Counted from the first letter of the stretch, positions 33,487 to 46,307 are shown. The stretch is DNA of 58,804 nucleotides from Eubacteriaceae bacterium UBA1433 (GCA_002329295.1 DCTT01000026.1:348054-406857); one strand, 5' to 3'. A program made the numbers and translations. Notes: generated by a model from the letters alone, not told the origin.

Positions 33487-33527
33487 AAAAAGCTGCGGAC
33501 ATTTTTGTTCGCGGCTTTTTTTCTTTT
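33487..33527. terminator. Bidirectional intrinsic terminator after rpsR
   Basis: aaaaagctgcggac-attttt-gttcgcggcttttttt. Confidence 0.85.
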
Positions 33528-34083
33528 ATCGGAGAACTTCGTGCGCCAATACAGTATACATACGCATATCGACCATAAGTTCCGTCTTTACGCAACATCC
33601 CTTGACGTTTGTTGCCTTCATAACGTATGCCGCATTTTTCCATCACTATGCCGGAGGCCTTATTGCCTACATCGTGCGCGCCCTCAATGCGATGATACCC
33701 CATATGATGACACAATTATTTCAACACAACGCCAAAGGCCTCTGTCATTATGCCCTAACCCCAACAAGCACTGCCGGTTGCAAATCCGACCTCTGCCGTC
33801 AAAAATTTCCCCTGAGCAAATCTCACCCCAACAGAACCGATAACTTCATTGGTTTTTTCAGCACAATTGCCCAATAATAGGTATCCTCTTTGTCATAAGC
33901 ACTGATTCAGCTTTACAGAAGCTGTCGACGTCCTTCTACATTCTTATGCGGGTGCCGGGCGAAAACCCGCGCGACTGCCGCATCCTTTGCCCAATGTTGA
34001 AACATCTGTAACGCATCCTTCATGACGAACCTGCGCAGTATTAACCGGTTGGCCTCGAGTTGTTTTGTGCCTAAATGTTGCAT
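33526..34083 (-). pseudogene. RimJ/RimL-type GNAT acetyltransferase pseudogene
   Basis: GGAGG RBS and ATG at 34083. Reconstructed MQHLGTKQLEANRLILRRF...YWAIV...IGSVG...WG*GIMTEA...N.ASG.VMEKCG..YEG. Four in-frame stops and two frameshifts; 558 nt in total. Confidence 0.9.
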
Positions 34084-34145
34084 CTGTCTGCCTCCAAAAG
34101 AACGGGAGGCACTATACCATATTCTCCGTCACTTGCGCCGTTTTT

Positions 34146-34182
34146 ATTTCCTGGGAAATGTTTCCCGTCTTTCCCGGGAAAA
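34146..34182. promoter_or_regulatory. Tandem NBS-like palindromes upstream of the rplI promoter
   Basis: ATTTCCTGGGAAAT (34146-34159, 13/14) and CTTTCCCGGGAAAA (34169-34182, 12/14; perfect 12-bp core), 23-bp pitch. Confidence 0.65.
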
Positions 34183-34200
34183 GATTATTTTTTGAATTTC

Positions 34201-34229
34201 TTGATAGACTTCTTCAGATGTAGTATAAT
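34201..34229 (+). promoter_or_regulatory. sigma-A promoter of rplI-dnaB
   Basis: TTGATA-N17-TATAAT. Confidence 0.8.
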
Positions 34230-34267
34230 ATAAAAACTCTCGAAAAATGCATCATGAGGTGATAAAA

Positions 34268-34714
34268 ATGAAAGTCATCCTTTTAGAAAATATAAAAGGA
34301 CTGGGACGTGAAGGCGATGTTGTCGATGCCAAAGACGGCTACGCCAACAATTTTCTTCTTCCCAAACAACTCGCTGTGAGAGCCACAGAAGAAAACATGG
34401 CGATTTTAGAAGAAAAAGCCGAGGAACGCAGAATACAGAAAGAAAAAGAAAAGCAAGATGCACAAGCTGTTTTTGAACAAATCCACGGCAAATCTTTTGA
34501 ACTCAAAGTGAAGACCGGAAGCGGCGATCGCTTGTTTGGCAGCGTAACTGCGAAAGAGATCGCAGAAGAAATCGGTAAACAGTGCAATATCGAAATCGAT
34601 AAAAGAAAAATCGAGTTAAGCGAAAACATCAAAGAAAAAGGCGAAAAAGAGATTTCCATTAAATTGCATCCGGACATCACCGCAACGGTAAAAATTATTA
34701 TCAGCGCCTTATAA
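34268..34714 (+). CDS. rplI: 50S ribosomal protein L9
   Basis: MKVILLENIKGLG..GDVV..KDGYANNFLLP; RLFGSVT. Confidence 0.98.
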   Translation: MKVILLENIKGLGREGDVVDAKDGYANNFLLPKQLAVRATEENMAILEEKAEERRIQKEKEKQDAQAVFEQIHGKSFELKVKTGSGDRLFGSVTAKEIAEEIGKQCNIEIDKRKIELSENIKEKGEKEISIKLHPDITATVKIIISAL

Positions 34715-34726
34715 TCAGGAGAAGTC

Positions 34727-36061
34727 ATGTCTTTTTCGAACCAAAAAAAAGTTCTTCCCTATAATCTCGAAGCCGAGCAAAGCATTTTAGGCTGTATTTT
34801 GTTTGATAATCAAACCATGATTACTGCCGCCGCTTTGATTGAGCCTGACGATTTTTATAACGACCAATATCGTATTGTCTACCAGGCAATGCTTTATTTG
34901 TATACCAAAAACTTGCCCATCGATATTGTCACGCTTTCGAACAGACTGCGCAACCAGGGTTCGCTGGATGCATTGGGAGGCATTCAGTTTCTTACCAGCA
35001 TGGTGGAAGTTCTCTCCTCCGCAGAAAATATAGAGCAATATTGCATAATTGTGAAAGACAAATCCATGTTACGCCAACTGATTGCCAAGCTGGGCAACGT
35101 CATAGATGACAGCTATGCCAGCAAAAGCGAAGCCCACGAACTCATTCTGCAGGCAGAAAAAGATATTTTGGACATTGCTTCCGCAAAAGACAGAGGCGGT
35201 TTGGTGGATTTTGAAACCGCATTGCGATCCGCACTGCTCAAGCTCCAAGAAGCTACTACAAATCCGTCACATATTTCGGGTATCCCCACAGGCTACATAG
35301 ACTTGGACAAAAAAACATCAGGGCTGCAAAATTCGGATCTGATTATTCTGGCCGGCAGACCGGGCATGGGCAAAACTTCCCTCGGCATTAATATATGTCA
35401 GCACGTTGCCATTCGCGAAAAGAAAAAAGTTGCTGTTTTCAGCCTGGAAATGCCCCTGGAACAATTAACCATGCGCATCATCGCTTCCGAAGCCAATATC
35501 AGCAACACTGCTCTGCGTGCCGGTGATGTGGCCGATTGGCGCAAACTCTACGAGGCCTGGGAAAACATATTGTCCGCTCCTTTATATATCGATGATACGC
35601 CGGGAATTACCGTTCCCGAAATTCGCTCGAAATGCAAGCGCATGCAGGCGCAAATCGGGTTGGATATGGTATTGATAGACTATCTTCAACTGATACGCAG
35701 TATCGGGCGCATTGAAAACCGACAGCAAGAAATTTCACAAATCTCACGCGACTTAAAACTGCTCGCCAAGGAATTGGCTGTTCCGGTTATCACGCTCTCT
35801 CAACTCAACCGTGCGCCGGAAAAACGTACCGACGGCCGTCCTCTGATTTCAGATCTGCGGGAAAGCGGCGCCATTGAACAGGATGCGGATATTGTTATGT
35901 TCCTTTATAAGCGCGATGCGCAGGATTCTTCCTCCAACAAGGTGGTGCTCAGCATTGCAAAGCATCGAAACGGACCCACCGGAGAGGTTGAGCTTATATT
36001 TCAAGAAGAGATTACCACGTTTCGCAACGCAGCGCTTTATGATGACGATGACTATAATTGA
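34727..36061 (+). CDS. dnaB: Replicative DNA helicase (DnaB; B. subtilis DnaC)
   Basis: PYNLEAEQSILG, AGRPGMGKT, FSLEM, IDYLQL, SDLRESGAIEQDAD, AKHRNGP. Confidence 0.98.
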   Translation: MSFSNQKKVLPYNLEAEQSILGCILFDNQTMITAAALIEPDDFYNDQYRIVYQAMLYLYTKNLPIDIVTLSNRLRNQGSLDALGGIQFLTSMVEVLSSAENIEQYCIIVKDKSMLRQLIAKLGNVIDDSYASKSEAHELILQAEKDILDIASAKDRGGLVDFETALRSALLKLQEATTNPSHISGIPTGYIDLDKKTSGLQNSDLIILAGRPGMGKTSLGINICQHVAIREKKKVAVFSLEMPLEQLTMRIIASEANISNTALRAGDVADWRKLYEAWENILSAPLYIDDTPGITVPEIRSKCKRMQAQIGLDMVLIDYLQLIRSIGRIENRQQEISQISRDLKLLAKELAVPVITLSQLNRAPEKRTDGRPLISDLRESGAIEQDADIVMFLYKRDAQDSSSNKVVLSIAKHRNGPTGEVELIFQEEITTFRNAALYDDDDYN

Positions 36062-36205
36062 TTTTTAGCCAAATACAGCACATTGCCTGTCAATGTGCTT
36101 TTTGTTTTCGTTTTCCTTATACCATATACATTGCTTAATGCGCTTTTTCTTGTTATAATATAAAATACTGCAAAATATAAACAAGATGAAAAAAGGTGAC
36201 AACTT

Positions 36206-37486
36206 ATGAGTACTTTGGTAATTGTCGGAACCCAATGGGGAGACGAAGGAAAAGGCAAAATAACGGACTTCTATGCAAAAAAAGCCGACGCGGTCGTGCG
36301 CTTTCAAGGAGGGAACAACGCCGGACACACCGTCATTGTAGGCGAAAATACCTATAAATTTCATATGATTCCTTCCGGAGTCATTTGCGCAACGCCTTCT
36401 TATATCGCAAACGGTATGGTCATTGACCCCACTGCACTAATTGCAGAAATCGATGCCATGAAAAAAGGCGGTTTACACACCGAATATCTCTACATCAGCA
36501 ACCGAGCACACATTATTACACCTTATCATAAACTGATGGATGAATTAAACGAAGTCCGGTTGGGTAAAAATAAGATCGGTACAACAAAAAAAGGCATCGG
36601 TCCTGCCTATGCGGATAAAACCAACCGCAACGGTATTCGTGTATGCGATTTATATGAACCTGCACTTTTAAAAGAAAAAGTAGAATCCAATGTTTCTTAT
36701 ATCAACTTGCTGCTTACAAAAATATACGACCGGCCTGCCATTGACGCCGAAACCATTTATCAACAATTATTGGCGGACGCAAAGATATTAAGACCTTATG
36801 TCTGCGATGTTTCTCTGGCTCTCGACAATTTGTTAAAAGCTGGAAAAAACATCGTTTTTGAAGGGGCGCAGGGAGCTATGCTGGACATTGACTTCGGCAC
36901 CTATCCTTATGTTACTTCTTCGCACCCCATCTCCGGTGGCGCCACTATGGGTGCAGGCGTCTCACCCAAGGCCATTGATTATATTTTAGGCATCACCAAA
37001 GCCTACACGACCCGTGTGGGCGAAGGACCCTTTCCCACCGAACTGACTGATGAAACCGGTGAATTTTTGCGCCAACAGGGTCATGAATTTGGAACCACCA
37101 CTGGTCGAGCGAGACGATGCGGATGGTTTGATGCCGCTGTGGTAAGATATGCGGCACGCCTAAACGGACTGACGCATATTGCTCTGACCAAGCTGGACAC
37201 ACTTACAGGGCTGAGAACCATTCAGGTGTGCACACATTATGAATTGGAAGGGGATGTAATCGATTACTTTCCTGCCTCTTTGACACAATTGGCGCAATGC
37301 AAAGCAATTTATGAGACATTGGAAGGCTGGGAAGAAGATATTACCCAAGTCAAGACCTTTGAGGAGTTGCCCGTCAATGCGCAAAATTACGTCAAAAAAC
37401 TGGAAGCGCTGATTGATGTGCCAATTTCTATTGTTTCGGTGGGTCCGGAACGAGACAGCACGATTATTCTCGATCCGATACTATAA
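36206..37486 (+). CDS. purA: Adenylosuccinate synthetase
   Basis: QWGDEGKGK, GGNNAGHT, EGAQG, GTYPYVTSS, EFGTTTGRARR. Confidence 0.99.
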   Translation: MSTLVIVGTQWGDEGKGKITDFYAKKADAVVRFQGGNNAGHTVIVGENTYKFHMIPSGVICATPSYIANGMVIDPTALIAEIDAMKKGGLHTEYLYISNRAHIITPYHKLMDELNEVRLGKNKIGTTKKGIGPAYADKTNRNGIRVCDLYEPALLKEKVESNVSYINLLLTKIYDRPAIDAETIYQQLLADAKILRPYVCDVSLALDNLLKAGKNIVFEGAQGAMLDIDFGTYPYVTSSHPISGGATMGAGVSPKAIDYILGITKAYTTRVGEGPFPTELTDETGEFLRQQGHEFGTTTGRARRCGWFDAAVVRYAARLNGLTHIALTKLDTLTGLRTIQVCTHYELEGDVIDYFPASLTQLAQCKAIYETLEGWEEDITQVKTFEELPVNAQNYVKKLEALIDVPISIVSVGPERDSTIILDPIL

Positions 37487-37536
37487 GGCAAGATGCTCTC
37501 TTGCTTTTATCTACAAACAATAAAGAGAGACCTTTT

Positions 37537-38370
37537 ATGAATCCGAAAACTGGCAGCTTAATCCTTGTTGCCACCCCCATCGGCAACTTATCAGACGTTT
37601 CGTTGCGCGCCATTGAAACACTGCGCCAGGCAGACTACATTGCCGCCGAAGACACGCGCCATAGCGGGAAATTGCTGAAAACCTATGAAATTTCCACGAA
37701 AATGATTAGCCTGCATAAGTTTAACGAAACAGAAAAACGCGCTCAATTATTGCATTTGATGCAAAACGGCAGCACCATAGCGCTCATCTCTGATGCCGGC
37801 ACGCCGGGTATATGCGATCCCGGCGAAGATTTGGTTCGAGCTTGTATTGAACAAAACATTGCTGTTCGTTCTGTTCCCGGTGCCAACGCAGCGCTGACGG
37901 CACTGGTCGTATCCGGCTTTGCCACCTCGCCCTTCTCTTTTTATGGGTTCTTGCCTAAAAAAAGGGCTGAAAGGCTTACCTTACTAAAAACAATCGCTGA
38001 TATTTCCCATACAACGCTTTTTTATGAATCTCCGCACCGCTTGTTGGATACCCTATCCATGATTGAGGAAACAATACCCCGCAGGCGTATATGTCTTTGC
38101 CGTGAACTGACCAAGCTTCATGAGGAAATTACACGAGATACGGCTGCCAATATTCTTGCTTCTTATGAAAAGAAAACCGTCAAAGGTGAAATCGTACTGG
38201 TTATCGAGGGTGCTTGCCTCGTTGAGCAGACCCTTACACTGCCGGAAGCCAAAGCGTTGGTAGAAGAATATATACAAACAGGCATGACAAAAAATGAAGC
38301 CATCAAAGAAGTTTGTCGCCGTTATCAAATCCATCGACAATCACTGTATCGCACATTGACTTCAGATTGA
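37537..38370 (+). CDS. rsmI: 16S rRNA C1402 2'-O-methyltransferase
   Basis: VATPIGNL, AAEDTR, SDAGTPGICDPG, FYESPHR, RELTKLHEE, KGEIV. Confidence 0.96.
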   Translation: MNPKTGSLILVATPIGNLSDVSLRAIETLRQADYIAAEDTRHSGKLLKTYEISTKMISLHKFNETEKRAQLLHLMQNGSTIALISDAGTPGICDPGEDLVRACIEQNIAVRSVPGANAALTALVVSGFATSPFSFYGFLPKKRAERLTLLKTIADISHTTLFYESPHRLLDTLSMIEETIPRRRICLCRELTKLHEEITRDTAANILASYEKKTVKGEIVLVIEGACLVEQTLTLPEAKALVEEYIQTGMTKNEAIKEVCRRYQIHRQSLYRTLTSD

Positions 38371-38445
38371 CAATTTACACATTTCGAACGAAGACCTATG
38401 ATGAAAATCCATCTGTCCACAGATGAAAGAAAAGAGGCAAATCAC

Positions 38446-38697
38446 ATGGCTCGAAAAAAAGAAATTTTGATGGCAGGCGCAAAATATTTAACCACTGTCA
38501 ACGACCAAATAGAGTTGGATATTCTCCAATCTCTTTTGGCCTCTTTCGAGATTCCTATTTTTGTTCGCGATGCGTTGAGCGGATCATTTATTCGGATTTT
38601 GATGGGCGGTTCCGTGTTTGATACGGATATTTTTGTCAAAGAAGACGACTACCAAACGGCCTTTGATGCCATTCAGGGCAACTACGAGAACCTGTAG
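38446..38697 (+). CDS. DUF2007-like small putative signal-transducing protein
   Basis: 83 aa; ..IELDILQSLLASFEIP.. and IFVKEDDY..A pattern; GAGG RBS. Confidence 0.65.
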   Translation: MARKKEILMAGAKYLTTVNDQIELDILQSLLASFEIPIFVRDALSGSFIRILMGGSVFDTDIFVKEDDYQTAFDAIQGNYENL

Positions 38698-38838
38698 CGC
38701 CATTTCGCCTTTTATTACGGAATAGCGCCGTTTTCTCAAGGTTTTTTAAGAAAAAAAGACCGGGTTTTTCGTTAAGAAATTATTAAGGGTAATATCGGGA
38801 AATTTTTACAACTTCGTTGCAACTCAAATACAACAAAA

Positions 38839-39585
38839 TTACACCTTAGATATAAGCCATAGAGTTGTATACAAAATCGGCTGATGTAATAAATAAATCA
38901 TCAGCGTTTTTTTGCCCAAAACGCCCAAATTTTTCACATGCTTTATGCAAAAAAATCTCGGCAATTTGGAGCAAGTAAAAAAAGGTCCAAGAAAAAAACC
39001 AACGCCGAATAAAAACATCCAAGGCAATAACGGATAGTAATCGGAAGAGAAAAATCCTTCTTTCGCAAAGCCCAAAGGAAACAAAAAATCTTTGGTATAA
39101 AGTCCTTGAGGAAGATGGATTTCAAACAGGGGCACCCAGCCGACAACACCATGAAAAATTCGATAGGTAAAAAGAAACAACAAAAGACTTATAACCAAGC
39201 CAATCATCGGCTTAATTTTTTTAAGTACCGAAAATGTCGCACCGTAAAGCACCATGCAACTTCCCAGCAAATGCAAAATGCCGAACCATATCATTTGCTC
39301 CGGTACCAACACAGCAGTAGTCAGCGTGATGAGCAAGGCCCACAACAAGGTTTTGATTCCTCGCCGAATATTGCTGCGCGTAAAGTGACACGAAATGCCG
39401 GCAATCACAATAAATGAGCAGGCAGCCGTCAAGCGAATGGCTTCCACCAGCGGAATCGCCGTCCAAGGCCGGTTTGAGGGAAAAAACACATCAATATCAT
39501 AAAGAAGATGATAGAGGACAATGATGATAATGAGCAACCCGCGTAACTCATCAATCAAATGAACACGGACACGTTGTTCTTCCAT
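38839..39585 (-). CDS. DUF1624 / heparan-alpha-glucosaminide N-acetyltransferase-domain membrane protein
   Basis: RVHLIDELRG..H..YD, FIVIAGIS, FGILH, DYYPLLPW, LG..TL.IYLLHQP. Confidence 0.88.
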   Translation of the reverse strand: MEEQRVRVHLIDELRGLLIIIIVLYHLLYDIDVFFPSNRPWTAIPLVEAIRLTAACSFIVIAGISCHFTRSNIRRGIKTLLWALLITLTTAVLVPEQMIWFGILHLLGSCMVLYGATFSVLKKIKPMIGLVISLLLFLFTYRIFHGVVGWVPLFEIHLPQGLYTKDFLFPLGFAKEGFFSSDYYPLLPWMFLFGVGFFLGPFFTCSKLPRFFCIKHVKNLGVLGKKTLMIYLLHQPILYTTLWLISKV

Positions 39586-39719
39586 AGGGCTCCTGCCTGC
39601 TTTATAAAGATGTTTTTTATCATACCACACTTTTACGCTGTTTTCGATTCTAATAATATATTATTGCATTCTCCCATGATATAATAACCTTACTTCTCAA
39701 CAAGAAAGGAGAAAAAACT

Positions 39720-40343
39720 ATGCATGTTCTTGCCGTTAACGGAAGCCCCAACGAAAAAGGTTGCTGCTACACCGCATTAAAGATTATCGAAGAAGAATTA
39801 AAGAAACAAGATATCGGCATGATTCTTTTTCATATCGGCACCGATCCGATTCGTGGTTGCATCGCTTGCCGACGCTGCGCCCAACAAGATCCTGTGTCGT
39901 GCGTTTTTGACGATGTGGTCAATCAGGCAATTGCCCTGTCCCGCAAGGCAGACGGATTTATCTTCGCCTCTCCCGTACATTTTTCCGGGATTGCCGGCAG
40001 CATGAAAAGTTTTTTGGACCGGTTCTTTTTTGCCGGCGGACCGCAACGTCTTGCCCATAAGGCAGGTATGAGCGTCGTTTCCGCACGTCGCTCCGGCGGC
40101 AGCTCCACCTTTGACCAACTCAATCACTATTTGCATTATTCCAAAATGATTGTTCCTTCCTCTCAATATTGGAATATTGTTCATGGACACAACTGCCCTG
40201 ACGATATCTATGAAGACAAAGAGGGTGTGCAAATTCTGCAGGTGGCTGCCCGCAACCTGGCTTGGATCATGAAATTGATTGCCGAAGGCAAAACGCCGCC
40301 CCCTGCCAGCGAGACTCCGCTGCGTACCAATTTTATTCGATAA
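39720..40343 (+). CDS. Iron-sulfur flavoprotein / flavodoxin family protein
   Basis: NGSP..KG, CIACRRC..C, FASPVHF, RRSGG motifs. Confidence 0.88.
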   Translation: MHVLAVNGSPNEKGCCYTALKIIEEELKKQDIGMILFHIGTDPIRGCIACRRCAQQDPVSCVFDDVVNQAIALSRKADGFIFASPVHFSGIAGSMKSFLDRFFFAGGPQRLAHKAGMSVVSARRSGGSSTFDQLNHYLHYSKMIVPSSQYWNIVHGHNCPDDIYEDKEGVQILQVAARNLAWIMKLIAEGKTPPPASETPLRTNFIR

Positions 40344-40366
40344 TCATCTCTTCTTGTAATACAGAT

Positions 40367-40401
40367 AAAAAAGACGCAAGGATTGTTTCCTTGCGTCTTT
40401 T
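40367..40401 (+). terminator. Intrinsic terminator (likely bidirectional)
   Basis: aaaagacgcaagga-ttgtt-tccttgcgtctttt perfect stem. Confidence 0.9.
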
Positions 40402-40600
40402 GTCCTGCCAGCAAGCAATGCTTTCTATATCGCATTGATGAAGAAACCTTTCTGAAAAGCACATCTTCTATAAAATACAAAATGATTTAAAACAATCATC
40501 CTTCCATCAAGCGCAACAACTTGCCGACACATTTTTTTAATGGGCTCCATGATAAGCGCACGATAAATCATTGTTCTTGACTATCTCTTTTCTATATCTA

Positions 40601-40640
40601 TTCTTCTCTATTCTTCTCTATTCTTCTCTATTCTTCTCTA
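40601..40640. repeat. Tandem repeat (TTCTTCTCTA)x4
   Basis: Four exact 10-bp copies with a degenerate pyrimidine-rich flank at 40581-40600. Confidence 0.95.
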
Positions 40641-40751
40641 GAGACCTAACAACTCCTTTACGGTTAGTTTTACCGTTAACTTAACCGACAGAGGCCTCAC
40701 ATCATCAAAGCGTAGACGAGAACCTTTATTGGTTGTTCAATATTTTATTTT

Positions 40752-40784
40752 AAAAAAACAACGGCAACCCATGCCGCTGTTTTT
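40752..40784 (-). terminator. Intrinsic terminator after gyrA
   Basis: aaaacaacggca-accca-tgccgctgtttt stem with a U-tract on the minus strand. Confidence 0.65.
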
Positions 40785-40797
40785 CATCAATATTTTA

Positions 40798-43242
40798 TTA
40801 TTCTTCGTCCATTTCCGCCGGAACCATTTTCGCAATGGTCACTACCTTTTCATCTGCGGCAAGCCGTTGCAAACGCACCCCTTGCGTTGCTCGTCCGGTT
40901 GAGCTGATTTGCTTTGCTTCCAAACGAATGGCAATGCCTTGGTTATTAATCATCATCAAATCTTCTTCTTTGCTGATCATGTTAAACCCGGCCAATTCTC
41001 CTGTTTTTTCGGTGACCTGATAGGTAAGCATCCCTTTTCCTGCCCGGCTCTGTTTGCGATACATTTTTATCGGAGTAACCTTACCATAACCGTTAACGCT
41101 TACACATAATACGGCTTTTTCATCATCGGCAATATCCATACCGATGACGCTGTCGCCCTTGCGTAAGTGAATGCCGCGGACTCCTTTTGCCGCTCTGCCC
41201 ACATGTCGCACTTCTTCTTCGCTGAAGCGAATGGCGTATCCGTTTTTCGTGCCCAAAACAATTTCGTCTTTGCCTGTGGTCATGCGCACGCTGATCAGTT
41301 CATCGTCTTCATCCAATGTCAGGGCAATAATTCCCGTTTTTCGTGAGGTGTCATATTCATGCAATGACGTTTTTTTCACGGTTCCTTTTGCCGTTGCCAT
41401 CACCAAAAATTGTCCTTCATCAAAATTTTCCACCGGAAAAACTTCCGTTATTTTTTCACCTGGCTGCATTTGCAGCAGATTGACAATGGCCATACCCCGT
41501 GCAGTGCGGGACGCTTCGGGAATTTCATAAGCTTTGAGGCGATAGACTCTGCCCTTATTCGTAAAGAACAATAAGAAATGCTTTGTCGTGCAAGTAAAGA
41601 GATTTTGAACAAAGTCATTCTCTCTTGTGCTAAGCGCCGTAATTCCCTTGCCTCCTCGTTTTTGCGCACTGTAGGTATCGGCGCTGATGCGCTTGATATA
41701 ACCCACATGGGTCAACGTAATGACAATGTCTTCGGTTTCGATAAAGTCGTCCATGGACAACTCTTCATAATCTGCTTCAAAAGTTGTTCTGCGCGGATTG
41801 TTGTATCTTTTTTTAATCTCCAACAATTCGGTCTTAATAACGTTCAATATCAACGCTTCGCTGCCGAGCAACATCGTCATCTCATCAATGAAACGCATGA
41901 GTTCATTATATTCGTTTTCTATTTTTTCGGTTTCCAGTTCCGTCAAACGCTGCAGGCGCATATCCAAAATCGCTTGCGCTTGCTTATCCGACAACGCAAA
42001 CCGTTCCATCAGTCTGGTTTTCGCTACAGCACCGTCTTTGGATTTTTTGATAATATCGATGACTTCATCTATATTTTCAAGGGCAACACGCAACCCTTCT
42101 AAAATATGCGCGCGGTCTTCGGCTTTTTCCAAATCATATTTTGTACGTCTGACAATGACCTCTTTTTGATGTTCCAAATAATAATGCATGACCTCTTTCA
42201 AATTCAGCACACGAGGTACATTATCCACCAACGCCAGCATAATCACACCGAAGGTTTCCTGCATTTGCGTATATTTAAACAGCAAATTGAGTACAATTTG
42301 CGGACTGAAGTCCCGCTTGATATCAATGGCAACATGAGTGCCCTCCCGGTTGGATTCATCCCGAATATCAGCAATACCTTCAATTTTCTTTTCTTTTACC
42401 AAATCGGCAATTTTTTCTACCAATTTGGCTTTGTTTACCTGATAAGGCAATTCTGTAATCACGATTCTTGAACGACCGCGTCCAATATCTTCTTCAATCT
42501 CTGTACGAGCTCGTACTTTGATATGTCCACGCCCTGTTTCATAAGCTCTTTTGACTTCTGACTTGCCCAGAATAATGCCCCCGGTGGGAAAGTCGGGCCC
42601 TTTAATATATTTCATCAGTTTTTCAATGGTCACATCGGGATGATCGATCAGTACACACATCGCATCAATGACTTCTCCCAAATTATGCGGCGGTATATTG
42701 GTGGCCATGCCGACGGCAATACCTGATGAACCGTTGACCAACAGGTTGGGGAATTTGGCTGGCAATACCAACGGCTCTTGAAGGGACTCGTCAAAGTTGG
42801 GGCCGAAATCCACGGTGTTTTTTTCAATATCACGCAGCAATTCCGCTGCCAGCTTTGTCATACGTGCTTCCGTATAACGCATGGCGGCCGCACTGTCTCC
42901 GTCCACCGAACCAAAGTTTCCGTGCCCGTCTACCAGGGGATAGCGCGTTGCAAAATCTTGCGCCATGCGTACCATGGCATCATAGACAGCCGTATCTCCA
43001 TGGGGATGATATTTGCCTAAAACGTCCCCGACAAGACGAGCGCTTTTTTTGTAAGGTTTGTCAGCGCCCATGCCGATTTCGTCCATGGAATAAAGAATAC
43101 GTCTGTGAACCGGCTTCAGTCCGTCCCGCACATCAGGCAGTGCACGACCCACAATGACACTCATGGCATAATCAATGTAGCTGGTTTGCATTTCATCAAC
43201 AATATTGATGTCTTCAACTTTATCAAACAATTTCTCGGACAT
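40798..43242 (-). CDS. gyrA: DNA gyrase subunit A
   Basis: [32 protein letters not shown], GyrA-box QKRGGKG. Confidence 0.99.
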   Translation of the reverse strand: MSEKLFDKVEDINIVDEMQTSYIDYAMSVIVGRALPDVRDGLKPVHRRILYSMDEIGMGADKPYKKSARLVGDVLGKYHPHGDTAVYDAMVRMAQDFATRYPLVDGHGNFGSVDGDSAAAMRYTEARMTKLAAELLRDIEKNTVDFGPNFDESLQEPLVLPAKFPNLLVNGSSGIAVGMATNIPPHNLGEVIDAMCVLIDHPDVTIEKLMKYIKGPDFPTGGIILGKSEVKRAYETGRGHIKVRARTEIEEDIGRGRSRIVITELPYQVNKAKLVEKIADLVKEKKIEGIADIRDESNREGTHVAIDIKRDFSPQIVLNLLFKYTQMQETFGVIMLALVDNVPRVLNLKEVMHYYLEHQKEVIVRRTKYDLEKAEDRAHILEGLRVALENIDEVIDIIKKSKDGAVAKTRLMERFALSDKQAQAILDMRLQRLTELETEKIENEYNELMRFIDEMTMLLGSEALILNVIKTELLEIKKRYNNPRRTTFEADYEELSMDDFIETEDIVITLTHVGYIKRISADTYSAQKRGGKGITALSTRENDFVQNLFTCTTKHFLLFFTNKGRVYRLKAYEIPEASRTARGMAIVNLLQMQPGEKITEVFPVENFDEGQFLVMATAKGTVKKTSLHEYDTSRKTGIIALTLDEDDELISVRMTTGKDEIVLGTKNGYAIRFSEEEVRHVGRAAKGVRGIHLRKGDSVIGMDIADDEKAVLCVSVNGYGKVTPIKMYRKQSRAGKGMLTYQVTEKTGELAGFNMISKEEDLMMINNQGIAIRLEAKQISSTGRATQGVRLQRLAADEKVVTIAKMVPAEMDEE

Positions 43243-43266
43243 AATGTTTCCTTTCAGCCTTCAGCA

Positions 43267-46307
<3,041 letters not shown>

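Noticed and set aside
23259-40343. Two iron-sulfur flavoprotein paralogs
   Set aside because: Multi-copy Isf-family genes are routine in anaerobic Firmicutes, and these two are unlinked.
40581-40700. Repeat cluster considered as a CRISPR array
   Set aside because: 10-bp units with no spacers and no cas genes in the window.
42990-43030. GyrA quinolone-resistance region HGDTAVYD with Thr at the Ser83-equivalent position
   Set aside because: Thr is the wild-type residue in Clostridia; GyrB EGDSA and PLRGK motifs are also wild type.
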